Virus record (IMG/VR): IMGVR_UViG_3300005611_000028 | Location: 1-58,290 of that record | DNA length: 58,290 nucleotides | Direction: 5' to 3' (one strand) | Source: a virus | Lineage: Duplodnaviria > Caudoviricetes | In this document: positions 26,221-36,733 of the stretch, in pieces | Position numbering within the stretch: the first letter of the stretch is position 1 | How the letters are laid out: every line of letters starts with the position of its first letter | Made by a program: the position numbers and the translations under genes | The notes under the pieces: model-generated | The model's database searches: none | What the model saw: the letters and a program-made list of their open reading frames with translations, nothing else | What the model was told of the DNA's origin: nothing

Positions 26221-26996
26221 TGAGCACAGCATTACAACAAGTGGCATCGCGACTATCAGTATCGCCAGAGGAGCTGCAAAGTATTGTTATCAATACGGTT
26301 ATGCCTAACGGTGGCAAGCAGGTCACTAACGATCAGTTTGTTAGTTTTATGGCCGTGGCCAACGAGTACAAGCTAAACCCGCTGATTAAGGAAATTTACG
26401 CTTTTCCTGCCAAAGGCGGCGGTATTCAGCCTATTGTCAGCATCGACGGTTGGCTAAAGATCATCAACACGCACCCCGATTTTGACGGCCTTGTGCATAA
26501 AGATATTCGCGATGCCAACGGCAATGTAGTAGCTATCGAGTGCTCAATATACAAAAAGAACACTCAACACCCCGTAGTAATCACCGAATACATGGATGAG
26601 TGCAAGGGCAATTCTGAGCCTTGGCGCAAGTGGCCAATTCGCATGTTGCGCCACAAGGCCACCATCCAGTGCGGGCGCTACGCTTTTGGTATTAGCGGGA
26701 TTATTGACCCCGATGAAGCTGATCGATACCAAGAAGCGGGCGCGATTGTCAAAGAAAAAGACATCACGCCAAAGGCAGAAGCCGACCCGACGATAACCGA
26801 AGAGCAAAAGCAAGAGCTTGTCGAGCTAACCGAAAAAACAGGCGGTAGTGAAGATCATTTACTCGCATGGCTTGGCGTTAATGACTTGATGCAATTGCCG
26901 GTGTGGAAGTTTGAGAACGCTATGAAGTCACTAAACAAGCGGCTTGAGGATAACGCCAAAAAACAAAGCTATGCGGAGGCTTCCGAAGGTGAATAA
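26220..26996 (+). CDS. bet: single-strand annealing recombinase Bet/RecT
   Basis: LNPLIKEIYAFP.KGGGI.PIVSIDGW.KIIN.HP.FDG...W.KWP.RMLRHKA.IQC.R.AFG. Confidence 0.95.
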   Translation: MSTALQQVASRLSVSPEELQSIVINTVMPNGGKQVTNDQFVSFMAVANEYKLNPLIKEIYAFPAKGGGIQPIVSIDGWLKIINTHPDFDGLVHKDIRDANGNVVAIECSIYKKNTQHPVVITEYMDECKGNSEPWRKWPIRMLRHKATIQCGRYAFGISGIIDPDEADRYQEAGAIVKEKDITPKAEADPTITEEQKQELVELTEKTGGSEDHLLAWLGVNDLMQLPVWKFENAMKSLNKRLEDNAKKQSYAEASEGE

Positions 26997-27402
26997 TCGA
27001 CCAATAAAATTTAGAGGGTGGACTGGCAGCGAAATGCTGCCACCAGAAGACTTAACACAATCACCAGATCACCGGAAATGGCTGGGAAAAATTGACGTAG
27101 TACTTATGCAATTTACTGGAGTTTTGATAAGGAAAGATTTTGGAAATAATTACAGCAATGAAGTTTACGAAGGCGATATTTTAGAAAGAAAATACGATAG
27201 ATATTACTCTCTAAACGGTTTTGAGCTTGCTAGAGGTGTTGTTACATATAGCCCTTCTAATGGTTTTTCGTTAACGAGCGTTTTTGTTAAGTTAAAAGGT
27301 TCGAAAGCTTGGCGGAAAAACAAACCGATAAACTCTCTGCATAACTTTAAGATAATAGGCAACATCTACGAAACACATGAGCTAATGGAGCAAATAAAAT
27401 GA
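26989..27402 (+). CDS. YopX-family protein
   Basis: RPIKFRGW...LMQFTG...EVYEGDIL...IIGNIYE..EL. Confidence 0.88.
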   Translation: MNNRPIKFRGWTGSEMLPPEDLTQSPDHRKWLGKIDVVLMQFTGVLIRKDFGNNYSNEVYEGDILERKYDRYYSLNGFELARGVVTYSPSNGFSLTSVFVKLKGSKAWRKNKPINSLHNFKIIGNIYETHELMEQIK

Positions 27403-28055
27403 CTTATTGGTGCGAATCCCCCCAAGGCTCAGAAGAGTGGTTAAACGACCGGTGCGGCGTATTAACCGCATCTAAATTCATTGACTGCATGGACGTTTCA
27501 ACGCGCGGCGCCACAAAAGGCCAATACAAGGCCGCTGCGCAGAAGTACGCTAAAAAACTGGCTTTTGAGCGCATAAGCGGCAAGCTATTTGATACCGACG
27601 ATTTTAGCCCTTGGCAGGCTAAACGCGGTAATGCATTGGAGCCGGAAGCCAGAGAACGCCACGAGCGAGAAAAAGGCGTTATTGTTGAGCAGGTAAGTCT
27701 AGCGCTTAACGACGATCGAAAGTTTGGCGCAAGCCTGGATGGCCGCATAGACGACGATGGAATGAGCGAGTACAAGTGCTTTATGGACCCAGAAAAGGCC
27801 TACTCGATTATCACCAAGGAAGAAGGCTTTATGGATGCGGTTATGCCGCAAATTCAGGGCGGGCTATGGATCACAGGCCGCAAATGGTGCCACTTTTGCC
27901 TATATTGCCCGCAATTGGCTGGCACCGGCCTAGACTTCGTTTGCCACACCATTGATCGAGATGATAACTACATAGAAGAAATGGAGTCCAAGCTGTGGAA
28001 GTTTGACCGGTACGTTGAAGAGTTAAAAAGCAATCTTTTAAATACACTTAAGTAA
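27399..28055 (+). CDS. exo: YqaJ/lambda-type exonuclease
   Basis: QGSEEWL..R.G.LTAS...RG..LEP.AR...GASLDG...EYKC...QIQG.LW.TGR.WC.F. Confidence 0.93.
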   Translation: MTYWCESPQGSEEWLNDRCGVLTASKFIDCMDVSTRGATKGQYKAAAQKYAKKLAFERISGKLFDTDDFSPWQAKRGNALEPEARERHEREKGVIVEQVSLALNDDRKFGASLDGRIDDDGMSEYKCFMDPEKAYSIITKEEGFMDAVMPQIQGGLWITGRKWCHFCLYCPQLAGTGLDFVCHTIDRDDNYIEEMESKLWKFDRYVEELKSNLLNTLK

Positions 28056-28065
28056 GGGGAATAAC

Positions 28066-28392
28066 ATGCAAGAACTAGCAAAAATCGAGGAGTTAAGCGC
28101 CGCCGAAGCTGCCGAAGCCAAAGATAAATCATTTTCCGCGCTAAAATACTACATGGGCATGCACATGGTTATTGGCTATGCCGAAGAAGATGAGCGCCAG
28201 CGCATTGCACATGAAGCCGAGCAAAAGCGTCTAGAGGATGAAGCTCGCGCCGCTGACTTTGAGCATCGACGAACTATCAACAATGATGCTGTCGCTTCAA
28301 TGATGGCCAATGGAATTAGCGAGGATTGCGCCAAAGCCGTTATTACTCAAATTGCAAAGGGCAATATTTACCACGTTAAAATGGAGTATTAA
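28066..28392 (+). CDS. phage coiled-coil protein (short version of a family often labelled TolA-like)
   Basis: RAADFEHRRTINN.A...M..G.SE..AK.V...IAKG.I.HV...Y. Confidence 0.7.
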   Translation: MQELAKIEELSAAEAAEAKDKSFSALKYYMGMHMVIGYAEEDERQRIAHEAEQKRLEDEARAADFEHRRTINNDAVASMMANGISEDCAKAVITQIAKGNIYHVKMEY

Positions 28393-29243
28393 TGATGATC
28401 ATTAGGGTTATTGGCTGTGCATACACCGCTTTTGCGTCATGGTTATCAATTAAAAAACCACTTAACCAAAAAAATGAAGGATTGATGATGCGATTATTTA
28501 TTAAAATTATCATATTCATCGCAGCAACTGTTGCTGTATTTTCGGTGGCTATACATATTCCAGATTATGTTTATTGGGCTGTTTTCGCCTATGGCTCTAT
28601 TTTATGCATTCTTGCCAACAAACCTAAAATCAAATCAAATTCAGGACTAAACATGACTTACGAAATACCAGAAATGCAATTTTCAGACTTTGCCCGCGAA
28701 GTTACCAACTGGGGTGATTCTCGGAAAATTTACACCGAAAGCACTTGGCAAAAGCAGCTCGAAAAGTACGGCGCCGAGCGTGCCGAGCTGCTTTATGCTG
28801 AAACCGACAAAGATCGAATGGACGCCTATGGGGATCAGCTTGTGTGCCTCATGCACTGCCGAAATATGTACACCGGAGCTATTGATCACTCATTACCGAT
28901 TAAACCTCTAAGTGGAATTGAGCAGCTTTTATCGGCGCGAAATTTCGACATGGCCATTAAGTGGGTTTTAAGTGAGGCTCGAGAGGCGGGCTATTCACCA
29001 GAGAAGTGCATGCACTTGGCATGGGAAGGTGAAAACAAAGACGGTATCAAGTACCGCGTCGGACTAATGGTCAAAAAGATTTTTACCAAATGGGATGATT
29101 TAACGCACGATCAGCGAATTGAGGTTGCTAAATCTGGCCAGCTAATGCCCAGATGGGTGGACAAAGAGCGATGCAAATCTTTTTGCTCTGATTATGACTG
29201 GTTTGAAATAACAGCAGCTGAGGAATCAGTTTTTAACAGTTAA
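28392..29243 (+). CDS. MazG-like dNTP pyrophosphatase domain protein (start may be ATG 28653)
   Basis: V.NWG..R.I......Q..K...E..EL.......DAYGD.LVCL...C...AW..I..R.G. Confidence 0.75.
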   Translation: MMIIRVIGCAYTAFASWLSIKKPLNQKNEGLMMRLFIKIIIFIAATVAVFSVAIHIPDYVYWAVFAYGSILCILANKPKIKSNSGLNMTYEIPEMQFSDFAREVTNWGDSRKIYTESTWQKQLEKYGAERAELLYAETDKDRMDAYGDQLVCLMHCRNMYTGAIDHSLPIKPLSGIEQLLSARNFDMAIKWVLSEAREAGYSPEKCMHLAWEGENKDGIKYRVGLMVKKIFTKWDDLTHDQRIEVAKSGQLMPRWVDKERCKSFCSDYDWFEITAAEESVFNS

Positions 29244-29441
29244 TTCGGGCCCTTCGGGGCCTTTTTCTTGTTGCGCCGTTAGCTTTATGCACTTCTCTTC
29301 AAAATCAAGAACCATACTACAGCCGCCATCTATGGCATCGATTTCTGCCTGAGTGATTTTTATAAACCCTCCCGCGCGGCGAACCAATACAGCAAGCGCA
29401 TGGGTCATTATTTTGTGATCTAACTCTAATTGTGTTGTCAT
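29226..29441 (-). CDS. hypothetical protein
   Basis: AAGGG RBS; LAVLVRRAGG.IKITQAEID. Confidence 0.6.
   Translation of the reverse strand: MTTQLELDHKIMTHALAVLVRRAGGFIKITQAEIDAIDGGCSMVLDFEEKCIKLTAQQEKGPEGPELTVKN
29248..29266 (+). terminator. intrinsic terminator
   Basis: GGCCC-TTCG-GGGCC-TTTTT directly after the MazG-like stop. Confidence 0.85.
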
Positions 29442-29493
29442 AGTTTTTCCCCTTATAATGACTATTATTGTACACCATAAAAAAGGGTTTAGC

Positions 29494-29742
29494 ATGACAA
29501 GTGAAAAGTCTCTGCACACAAAAACAAGGGAGCTTTTAATAGAAAAAACTTCTATTTCAGGAACTCACATAACATCCGAAGAGGTCAGGAAGGGTAAAAC
29601 TACATTAAGGAAAATATCAAAAGACACCGGAATTAACTACGAATTTTTGAAGAGCTTCAAGCTAAAAAGACGCGGAAATCCTTCTGTTGATAAAGTTCAG
29701 GCACTTTATGAGCATTTGAATAATAAGCCCCTTAAGGTCTAA
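29494..29742 (+). CDS. HTH regulator
   Basis: TLRKISKDTGINYEFLKSFK....NPSVDKVQALYEHL. Confidence 0.75.
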   Translation: MTSEKSLHTKTRELLIEKTSISGTHITSEEVRKGKTTLRKISKDTGINYEFLKSFKLKRRGNPSVDKVQALYEHLNNKPLKV

Positions 29743-31934
29743 GGGGTTCTAGTCCATTCATGGGTGAACGTTTGCCAGCTATCAACGCCACCGCGAACGC
29801 TTTTTATCTCAACCCTGAGATTAGTTGCAACGCTGCCGTGATCAATGGTTTCTTGCGCGGTTGTGTAATCATAGGTATTTGACGCTGTTGTGTCCGTTTT
29901 TAGCGTAGTTGGACCATCGGTATCAATAATCGTTATTTCGTACTCCGTGCCCGCCTCTGGGCCTATATCACCCTCTGTGAAATCGACCACATCAACCGTT
30001 TGCTGTAATCTATCTCTATGTGACCACGTTAGTTCAATATCGCCGTCTGTGGAAGATGGATAGTAAGCGGCGTTTATTTGTACATTACCAGGGGGGTATG
30101 GCTTATCTTGTCGAGCATATAGCGTGACCGAAGACTCAAGCGCGTCACCGATAGCAAGCCTCCCTATATCTGTATTAACCAATGCTTTGGCTGCCACGGT
30201 ATCGCCAGCCAAATACTCAACGCCGGACTCGCCAACATTGCCCTCAGCAAAGTAAATTATTGATCCATCAGCATGAGCCTCTGGATATGTGTCTAGACAC
30301 CCGCGAGCTATTGTTATTTGGCTATTTATCTGGTCAATGTTATCTACTCGAACATACTCACTGTCGACAATTGCGTAGGTTCCTATGGTTACGTTCATCA
30401 CGTAAATATCGATGCCTGTCACGTCGATAGTGTCTGGCCCTTCTGATATGCCTAGCGATCCATTCAGTGTAACCGAAGGAGAATAAAACCCAAAATTACC
30501 GGTATCCTGATATCCGCCGCCAATATTAACCCAAAGCTGATAATCAGGGGTTGCGATAGGTGGACGTTTTGCAGCTAGCTGAGCGTATGCAGATGTAGAT
30601 TCAACTGCAGAAAGGTCTCCGCTGCTAAATGTGCGCGCAATATCCCAATATGGCGTCTCTACCATAATCTGGTCGGTAACCGCTATAGGTGCCGTAATCG
30701 GATCAGACCACATTGCAGGCTGAGTGTTTATGTATGTTGTTTCTGGCAATGTGAAGACATCCTGAGTAAATCCAATAGTGACTACTCCACTTTCCAGTGA
30801 CCCGCTATTGACCGAAAACACGCGGCATATCATGGTGTCAATACCGTAATCATCCCAGCTAAGTTTTATAATGTCACCAGGTAGGACGCTGGCGCCAAAT
30901 CGGTTAGTCTTTATGGTTCCTTTTGCTAACGGAGTTCCGTATTGCTTAACGTCCCTTAGTCCAACTCTTCGCGCTATAGTCGCGTTATCAATGCCCGGGT
31001 AATTTGCGGTTTGTGATATTACGGCTGCCTGATTTTGAACTGATGCCATATCCTGAACGGGTAATGTGGTGTCCTTTCCGGCAAATTGAGGCCGGTATTT
31101 AACCACTACCTCATTTATCATTTCGCCAAAACTTGGGCGCTCAAAATCTACAAATTCAACTATATTTGATTCGTCAAATACTGGCGCATCATCAATATCC
31201 TCATTTGTCGGCTTTCGAACCATTTTAATAAACCACTGATTTTCGCTTTTGTTTTCATATAAAACGGCGTTTATGTGGCTTAATATTGTTTGCGCAAACT
31301 GCTTAGCCTGAGACTGCTGATTCAATATTAAAGAAAGTCCAAAATTCTCGTCATATAGAATGTCGGCCGCCTCCATGAATGACTCTTCGTTAATTCTGGA
31401 CGGGTTTAATCCTATTCCGTACTTCTCACTGCTAGTCGTCATTACATCATAAAGAATATGAACTCCATTGCACGAACCTTCTGGTATGTAGTCAGCATCA
31501 CCCTCAACACCTTGTCCTGCAATATACGCTTTTGATGGGTACCAATCGGGGTGATCCTCAGCATCGATAGACCACGGTTTTGGATATTTTGTCATCGCAG
31601 TAACGTAGCAGGCGTTCAGAACTAAACCCATCACACCCCTAAATGCCGGTATATCCTCGCCTCCGCCCATATTTTCTTTGAGATATTGATTTTGACCTTG
31701 CGATGCTCCGCCAAATTCAATATCTACAGAACCCTGAACGCCACCCTCTTTTTTCTCTCCGCCGAACAAATCAGGCTTATCTATGTATATACTTTCGTTT
31801 GATGTAATCTCTCCGGCCCAAAGCTCTTTCCCCTCTGCGTGAATACCTAGCAGCTTTTTGACTGGATAACCAGTTATCATGTGTATTCCGATATAGAATT
31901 TATACCCTATTACTACTGACTTGCTGCTACCCAT
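29739..31934 (-). CDS. tail tip / central baseplate hub protein
   Basis: PDLFGGEKKEGG.QG..D...G...Q...YL; PAFRG; phage_tail_3-like middle; C-terminal PYPPGNV..N...LTWSHRDR. Confidence 0.88.
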   Translation of the reverse strand: MGSSKSVVIGYKFYIGIHMITGYPVKKLLGIHAEGKELWAGEITSNESIYIDKPDLFGGEKKEGGVQGSVDIEFGGASQGQNQYLKENMGGGEDIPAFRGVMGLVLNACYVTAMTKYPKPWSIDAEDHPDWYPSKAYIAGQGVEGDADYIPEGSCNGVHILYDVMTTSSEKYGIGLNPSRINEESFMEAADILYDENFGLSLILNQQSQAKQFAQTILSHINAVLYENKSENQWFIKMVRKPTNEDIDDAPVFDESNIVEFVDFERPSFGEMINEVVVKYRPQFAGKDTTLPVQDMASVQNQAAVISQTANYPGIDNATIARRVGLRDVKQYGTPLAKGTIKTNRFGASVLPGDIIKLSWDDYGIDTMICRVFSVNSGSLESGVVTIGFTQDVFTLPETTYINTQPAMWSDPITAPIAVTDQIMVETPYWDIARTFSSGDLSAVESTSAYAQLAAKRPPIATPDYQLWVNIGGGYQDTGNFGFYSPSVTLNGSLGISEGPDTIDVTGIDIYVMNVTIGTYAIVDSEYVRVDNIDQINSQITIARGCLDTYPEAHADGSIIYFAEGNVGESGVEYLAGDTVAAKALVNTDIGRLAIGDALESSVTLYARQDKPYPPGNVQINAAYYPSSTDGDIELTWSHRDRLQQTVDVVDFTEGDIGPEAGTEYEITIIDTDGPTTLKTDTTASNTYDYTTAQETIDHGSVATNLRVEIKSVRGGVDSWQTFTHEWTRTP

Positions 31935-32133
31935 CGTTTTCCTCTGCCTCCGCCGCCTCAACAACTTTCAATGCCATAGAGTCACCGGTGGCAATTAAAA
32001 TTTCAGATTCAATTCCATTTTTAAGAAAGTTGCTAAGATCAAGATTATGCCGCGCAAAAAAACCGCGTATTCCTGGTGTGCAATACGTATTATCAATTAC
32101 CATTCTGCAGTGTCTAACATAAACCATGGTCAT
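31927..32133 (-). CDS. small tail assembly protein
   Basis: YC..GIR.FF.RH.LD...FLK.GI....L.ATGD.MA. Confidence 0.8.
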   Translation of the reverse strand: MTMVYVRHCRMVIDNTYCTPGIRGFFARHNLDLSNFLKNGIESEILIATGDSMALKVVEAAEAEENDG

Positions 32134-32351
32134 TAGCTTTTAACCTCTATATAGCTTATGTCGCCATACCACACGATATTTGGACTTTTTATTCTTCGTC
32201 GTCCCCATATTTTAGGGATTTCACGACCAGGCTCTGCGGTCGGTATATCAAATTCATCAAGCGATGGAGGGGCCGCATCCGGCGGCTTTGGAGCCATAAC
32301 AATAGCAACTACAGCGATAACGATCGCAACAACTAAAGCGTACCAAGTCAT
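32133..32351 (-). CDS. small tail assembly protein with hydrophobic N-terminus
   Basis: PTAEPGREIP..WG......PNIVWYGD. Confidence 0.8.
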   Translation of the reverse strand: MTWYALVVAIVIAVVAIVMAPKPPDAAPPSLDEFDIPTAEPGREIPKIWGRRRIKSPNIVWYGDISYIEVKS

Positions 32352-32352
32352 A

Positions 32353-33174
32353 TTAAAATACCGTATCCCCACCCATAGGGTTTTTCATTCTCGCGGACAA
32401 CCATGGGAATCCGCCATAGTTTTCAATGTTGCTGAATTTATCCTTACACGCAGTCATATTGTGTCCGCACCCTGGGTAAACCTTAACGCTATCGCCAACT
32501 TCTAAATCAGAAATTGTTCCATTTAGCGTTATTGTTCCGCCTGTGTGAGATAGTATGGTTCTGCGGTCAGAATATCCAGATCGCAACCACTCAAGATAAC
32601 CCCCGTCAAAATAACCATCACCCTGAGCGGCTATTTCGTCTGCGGTCACCGTTGATCCTGTTGTTGCCGTAACCTCGGCAACCACTTCGAAATCCTCTCT
32701 ATTTAGACCGCAATCAGCGCCATACAGCAAATGCGGGCACTCTGGCTGATACCGTCTTCTTAGGGTCGTTCGATTCATTGTCGTGGTTTCTGGTTCGCAT
32801 CTAATATCACATTTTGCGCCTTTAAATTTGACATTAGTCACTCGACCATTCCAAATAGTAACAACTTGGCTGGCAATGTCAGATTCATGGTATTGCTTTA
32901 TAGATACCTCAATAGTGTCGCTAGGTGACCCTGCAAAGTATTGGATAACAAATGGATTTTTTACTGTAGCATTAATCGTTACTGGTGCTTTTGCTATATC
33001 TTGCGAGCTGTTTATTGCCGGCGCCTTCATTGTTTGATCGGTATAGGTTTGACCGCCAACAAGCTTATCGGAATCGGAAGACGTAAAGCGCCAAACAAAT
33101 GACCCTCTGGTAAACTCGAAAAGCTCGACTGGCTCAGCGTCGTATTCTGTTGCTTCTATTAGGTCGTAACTCAT
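32353..33174 (-). CDS. DUF2163/BR0599-family tail tip protein (Cys-containing)
   Basis: PVELFEF...C.H.LY...CG...YF.GG...PGC.H...C..KF.N..NYGGFP. Confidence 0.92.
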   Translation of the reverse strand: MSYDLIEATEYDAEPVELFEFTRGSFVWRFTSSDSDKLVGGQTYTDQTMKAPAINSSQDIAKAPVTINATVKNPFVIQYFAGSPSDTIEVSIKQYHESDIASQVVTIWNGRVTNVKFKGAKCDIRCEPETTTMNRTTLRRRYQPECPHLLYGADCGLNREDFEVVAEVTATTGSTVTADEIAAQGDGYFDGGYLEWLRSGYSDRRTILSHTGGTITLNGTISDLEVGDSVKVYPGCGHNMTACKDKFSNIENYGGFPWLSARMKNPMGGDTVF

Positions 33175-34817
33175 GCCTTGTACTCGGTTATCGCCATTTC
33201 AGTCTCACCAACGTAATTACCATCCCATTTTATCGCAACTGTATCGCTAGTGAGGCGCTTTTTCCCCATAAAGCAAACCTGTTGAACCACAGAAGTATCT
33301 ATGTCCAGTGATGGTGTTAACGTAACCGTGAGGCGCGTGTCGCTGTCCCTTGTTATGCCTGTTATTTCGGCAAACTCCCATGATCCATCACTGATTTTAA
33401 AAGCTATGTGAATCCTGTTTGCGGCATTTTCCGCCTGCCCGTCGTTCACACACTCGAAAGAGGTGGTTATTTGACCAGTAGATGTTATCCGGTAGTTGTT
33501 TTCGAAGCTCGGCATGTAAAAGCCTTTGGCGCGCCCGCTAAGTTTGTGCATGAACATCTTATAGTCCCATGCGGTGGCCAGATCATCTAAAGCTATTTTC
33601 CACTTTGTGTTAATTTTGGTGTAATCCCAATATGAAAACTGGTCTTGCTTGCCAACGCCAAAATCAATCAATTCTATAGGGTTGTTGTACGATGCACTTG
33701 CCGGAATAAAGGGCTGATCAACAAAAACATCAAGGCCTTTGTATTGATACGACTGATCGGCACCGGCAAAAGCCAAGTTATCCACAACCTCAAAACTTGA
33801 TGTCATTTTACCGTTGTAACCGGTGAACGATCGGTTGGGGTCTGAGTTCATGCGGGCAACGCGAACCGGCACAACCTCGGGGTTTGTGAAGTTGAAGTTT
33901 ATGCCGCGGTCAAAACCTAGCGAATCGCTTTCAATATCAGCTATTTCGATAACATCAAATTTACGCGGGTTAGACCAAATAAGCGCTAGCGAGCCAACGC
34001 GGAAATCTCCGTAGGCTGTATCGACTGAAATGGACGTATCGCCAAGCGTTGCATTTGATCCCTTTCTAGCCTCGTGCCACATTGGCAGCGCCCAATTTTG
34101 TGACCGCCAGCTATGCGCCAAAATATCCGCCCTAGTGATTTCGTTAGGCGTTAAGAATACTTCAGTCGATAGCGATTGTCTCGGCGCTGATCTTAGCTTT
34201 CTTCGCTGTTCAATTCCTTTTTTAGTCTCGATTACGTCGGTTTTCCACTCGAACGACTCAGACATTCCTGTTTTGAAATAATATGGGAATAACACAACGC
34301 GACTTCCAGTGATCTGCAAAAACACATCATTGGCCAGCGTGAAATTAAAACGGAAATTGGCATCTAGGTTTGTTTCACCTATCGCCAAAACCGTGACGGT
34401 ATATATTTTACTTTCAGTGGCTCCGTAGGTTTTAGCGCTATCGTCATCTATCGAAACGTTGCTATCGCCAACCAAATCAACCGAAACTAAATCTTTTGGC
34501 TCTAGGTAAGCGTTCCAAACCTCAACCTCGAATATTTTATCCTCAACGACATTGCCAGCATTAAAAATAGGCGGCGCTATGTGAATGCGGTTGTAGAAGT
34601 CGTCAAAAAAGCTGGCCTGCCTATATCCATATATAGACCACCCTATATTATCAGGCGTTCTAAATATTGAGTATGCCCCATTGATCATATCAACAGAATC
34701 GTACAGCGATGGATTATACTCAGCATCCTGAAATCTATTTAATTCGTCTGAAATATCGTCGTTTTCGTAGCCAAACTCAAAAACTGATGACGGGAAACTT
34801 GCTATTATTCCAGCCAC
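33171..34817 (-). CDS. distal tail / virion structural protein
   Basis: DDFYNRIHI.P...WNA; W.TDV.....G.EQR..LR..PR; GR...FYMPS. Confidence 0.8.
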   Translation of the reverse strand: MAGIIASFPSSVFEFGYENDDISDELNRFQDAEYNPSLYDSVDMINGAYSIFRTPDNIGWSIYGYRQASFFDDFYNRIHIAPPIFNAGNVVEDKIFEVEVWNAYLEPKDLVSVDLVGDSNVSIDDDSAKTYGATESKIYTVTVLAIGETNLDANFRFNFTLANDVFLQITGSRVVLFPYYFKTGMSESFEWKTDVIETKKGIEQRRKLRSAPRQSLSTEVFLTPNEITRADILAHSWRSQNWALPMWHEARKGSNATLGDTSISVDTAYGDFRVGSLALIWSNPRKFDVIEIADIESDSLGFDRGINFNFTNPEVVPVRVARMNSDPNRSFTGYNGKMTSSFEVVDNLAFAGADQSYQYKGLDVFVDQPFIPASASYNNPIELIDFGVGKQDQFSYWDYTKINTKWKIALDDLATAWDYKMFMHKLSGRAKGFYMPSFENNYRITSTGQITTSFECVNDGQAENAANRIHIAFKISDGSWEFAEITGITRDSDTRLTVTLTPSLDIDTSVVQQVCFMGKKRLTSDTVAIKWDGNYVGETEMAITEYKA

Positions 34818-34819
34818 AT

Positions 34820-35752
34820 CTATGGACCCTGATATCTTATCGCATAACCGAAGGTTCCTGAATGTGTTACCCCTGGAGTTGTTGAAGTCCCATTCCTCAA
34901 TGATGAGTCTTTTCTAAATAAAGGGTAACATTTCCACTTTTCTGATCCGATTGTAATAACCTCAAATAAATCTACATTGTCATTCCTAATGTATCTAGCA
35001 TGACTTAGGTTTGCAATAACTGTAAGCCCAGAACTATTCCTACGCTTTATCGCCTTTATCGGAAGCAGCGGGGACGATTGATTTGATAGATTTGGTAGAG
35101 ATGTTAGTAATGATGCGCAATAAGATATACCCAGTAAATTGCCAACTCCGCTGCCAGACTCTTGAGACCACCCAGTAGAGTCTAACCCACTATGAATGAA
35201 TGATGATTGGTTGAATGACGGGTCTCTTCCTGTAAATAGCGGCGTTCCAACATTATTTAAATAGCTGTTAGTTCCCAAGCTATGCTGTGTGACAGAGAAA
35301 AGAACGAACCCACTAAACTGGCTGCTGACAGCTTTATTTGCCGGAATTGTTCCTGTTATCCACGCTCCTGTTCCTCCTATATTATCTAAATCAGAATGAC
35401 CGAATGCCAGAATCTGACAGAAGCTAGTATCGTAATTAATAATGCAATATATTTCATCAGTATCGTCAAATGAATGTATTTCATAATTAATGGGAAATGT
35501 AAATGTTCCGCCACTATTTGAAACTATTGCGGCACCTTGAGGAGCCTGATCCAGCAATGTTGATCCAGATTTTCCGGTGCCACCATAAACCGCAAGATAA
35601 GAAGATGCTGAATTTCTTGACGCCAACTGAAAGTAGCATCCACTTTTAAATAGTATTCCGTCCTCTAGCGTCCATCCATTAGCGACAGACTCAGCCTCAA
35701 TAGCTGTTTTAATTTCGTCCATCGTTGTTGCTGTATCGGCAATGTATCCCAT
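34820..35752 (-). CDS. virion structural protein (paralog of the adjacent gene)
   Basis: A.GWT...; ends HSGTFGYAIRY.GP; position in the tail module. Confidence 0.75.
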   Translation of the reverse strand: MGYIADTATTMDEIKTAIEAESVANGWTLEDGILFKSGCYFQLASRNSASSYLAVYGGTGKSGSTLLDQAPQGAAIVSNSGGTFTFPINYEIHSFDDTDEIYCIINYDTSFCQILAFGHSDLDNIGGTGAWITGTIPANKAVSSQFSGFVLFSVTQHSLGTNSYLNNVGTPLFTGRDPSFNQSSFIHSGLDSTGWSQESGSGVGNLLGISYCASLLTSLPNLSNQSSPLLPIKAIKRRNSSGLTVIANLSHARYIRNDNVDLFEVITIGSEKWKCYPLFRKDSSLRNGTSTTPGVTHSGTFGYAIRYQGP

Positions 35753-36723
35753 TATACCATCTCCATGGCAACAAATTCGTGCCACTCTGTCCTATAAACG
35801 TTTTGGATCATCACAAGCGCGCGACCACCCACTGAAATTATGTCGTCAACAGCCTCAACAACACTCAATCCAGATTGATCAATAACTGATGATCCTCCAA
35901 CCTGAATAACGTTTTCAACCGCATTATTAAATCCTGTGCAAAAATAAACACCATCAAACTCACCAAAAACATTTGAAGGTCCGTAGTCTCCAATAGAATC
36001 CTTATCTTGGTACATAATTATTGGCTCTATTTGATAAGAATCTCCCGCAGGAACCATAGTGCCAGATCCTTGAGGCCCTGCTAGAGAATTTAATTTGGAG
36101 TCACCTTGAGTAAATGGATAGCAATTTGCTCTTATCCAGTTTCCAGACTGATCTCTAATTGAAAGCTTATTATTTGATTCGTCTGATCTGTAACCAGCAA
36201 ATGGGAATGTTTGTGTTGTAGATGAAAATCTAGCTGATGATCCTGAGTTAGCCATCGCCGCGCAAATTAAAAATGAAGGGTATTCGCCAGGTCTAAAATA
36301 CGGCATACCCTTTCCCACATAAAACGTCTCGTATACGGGAGTTCCAACCCTAAGTCCGCCAGTTATTCTCTGAGGATTGCATGAAATGAAATATGTTATA
36401 GAGTTATTGTGGCCGGGCGTTGAATAGTATTTCCCTCCTGGCTGGGATGAAAATGAGTTTTCAGCAACATAACCAACAAACACTCCGCAATTGATATTGT
36501 AATAATCAGATGTAATATTTTGATAACACTGAAACCCAACAAAAATCTCTTCGGTGCCACTCAACCCTTCACCCTGCAAAATCAACTCATGGTTAGCGGT
36601 GCCGGTATCATAGCGCAGCGTTACCCAGCCGTTGGCCTCGGCCAGCGTTTTAATCACAGCTAGGAGCTGGTAGTGGCAATCATCGCCGCCGCCTTTTGTT
36701 AAAGTGCCTATCGCGTAACCCAT
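35752..36723 (-). CDS. virion structural protein
   Basis: ANGW..LR...ELIL.G.G.SG.EEIF.G...GEFDGVY...GF.N..EN. Confidence 0.8.
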   Translation of the reverse strand: MGYAIGTLTKGGGDDCHYQLLAVIKTLAEANGWVTLRYDTGTANHELILQGEGLSGTEEIFVGFQCYQNITSDYYNINCGVFVGYVAENSFSSQPGGKYYSTPGHNNSITYFISCNPQRITGGLRVGTPVYETFYVGKGMPYFRPGEYPSFLICAAMANSGSSARFSSTTQTFPFAGYRSDESNNKLSIRDQSGNWIRANCYPFTQGDSKLNSLAGPQGSGTMVPAGDSYQIEPIIMYQDKDSIGDYGPSNVFGEFDGVYFCTGFNNAVENVIQVGGSSVIDQSGLSVVEAVDDIISVGGRALVMIQNVYRTEWHEFVAMEMV

Positions 36724-36733
36724 TTAATCCCCA

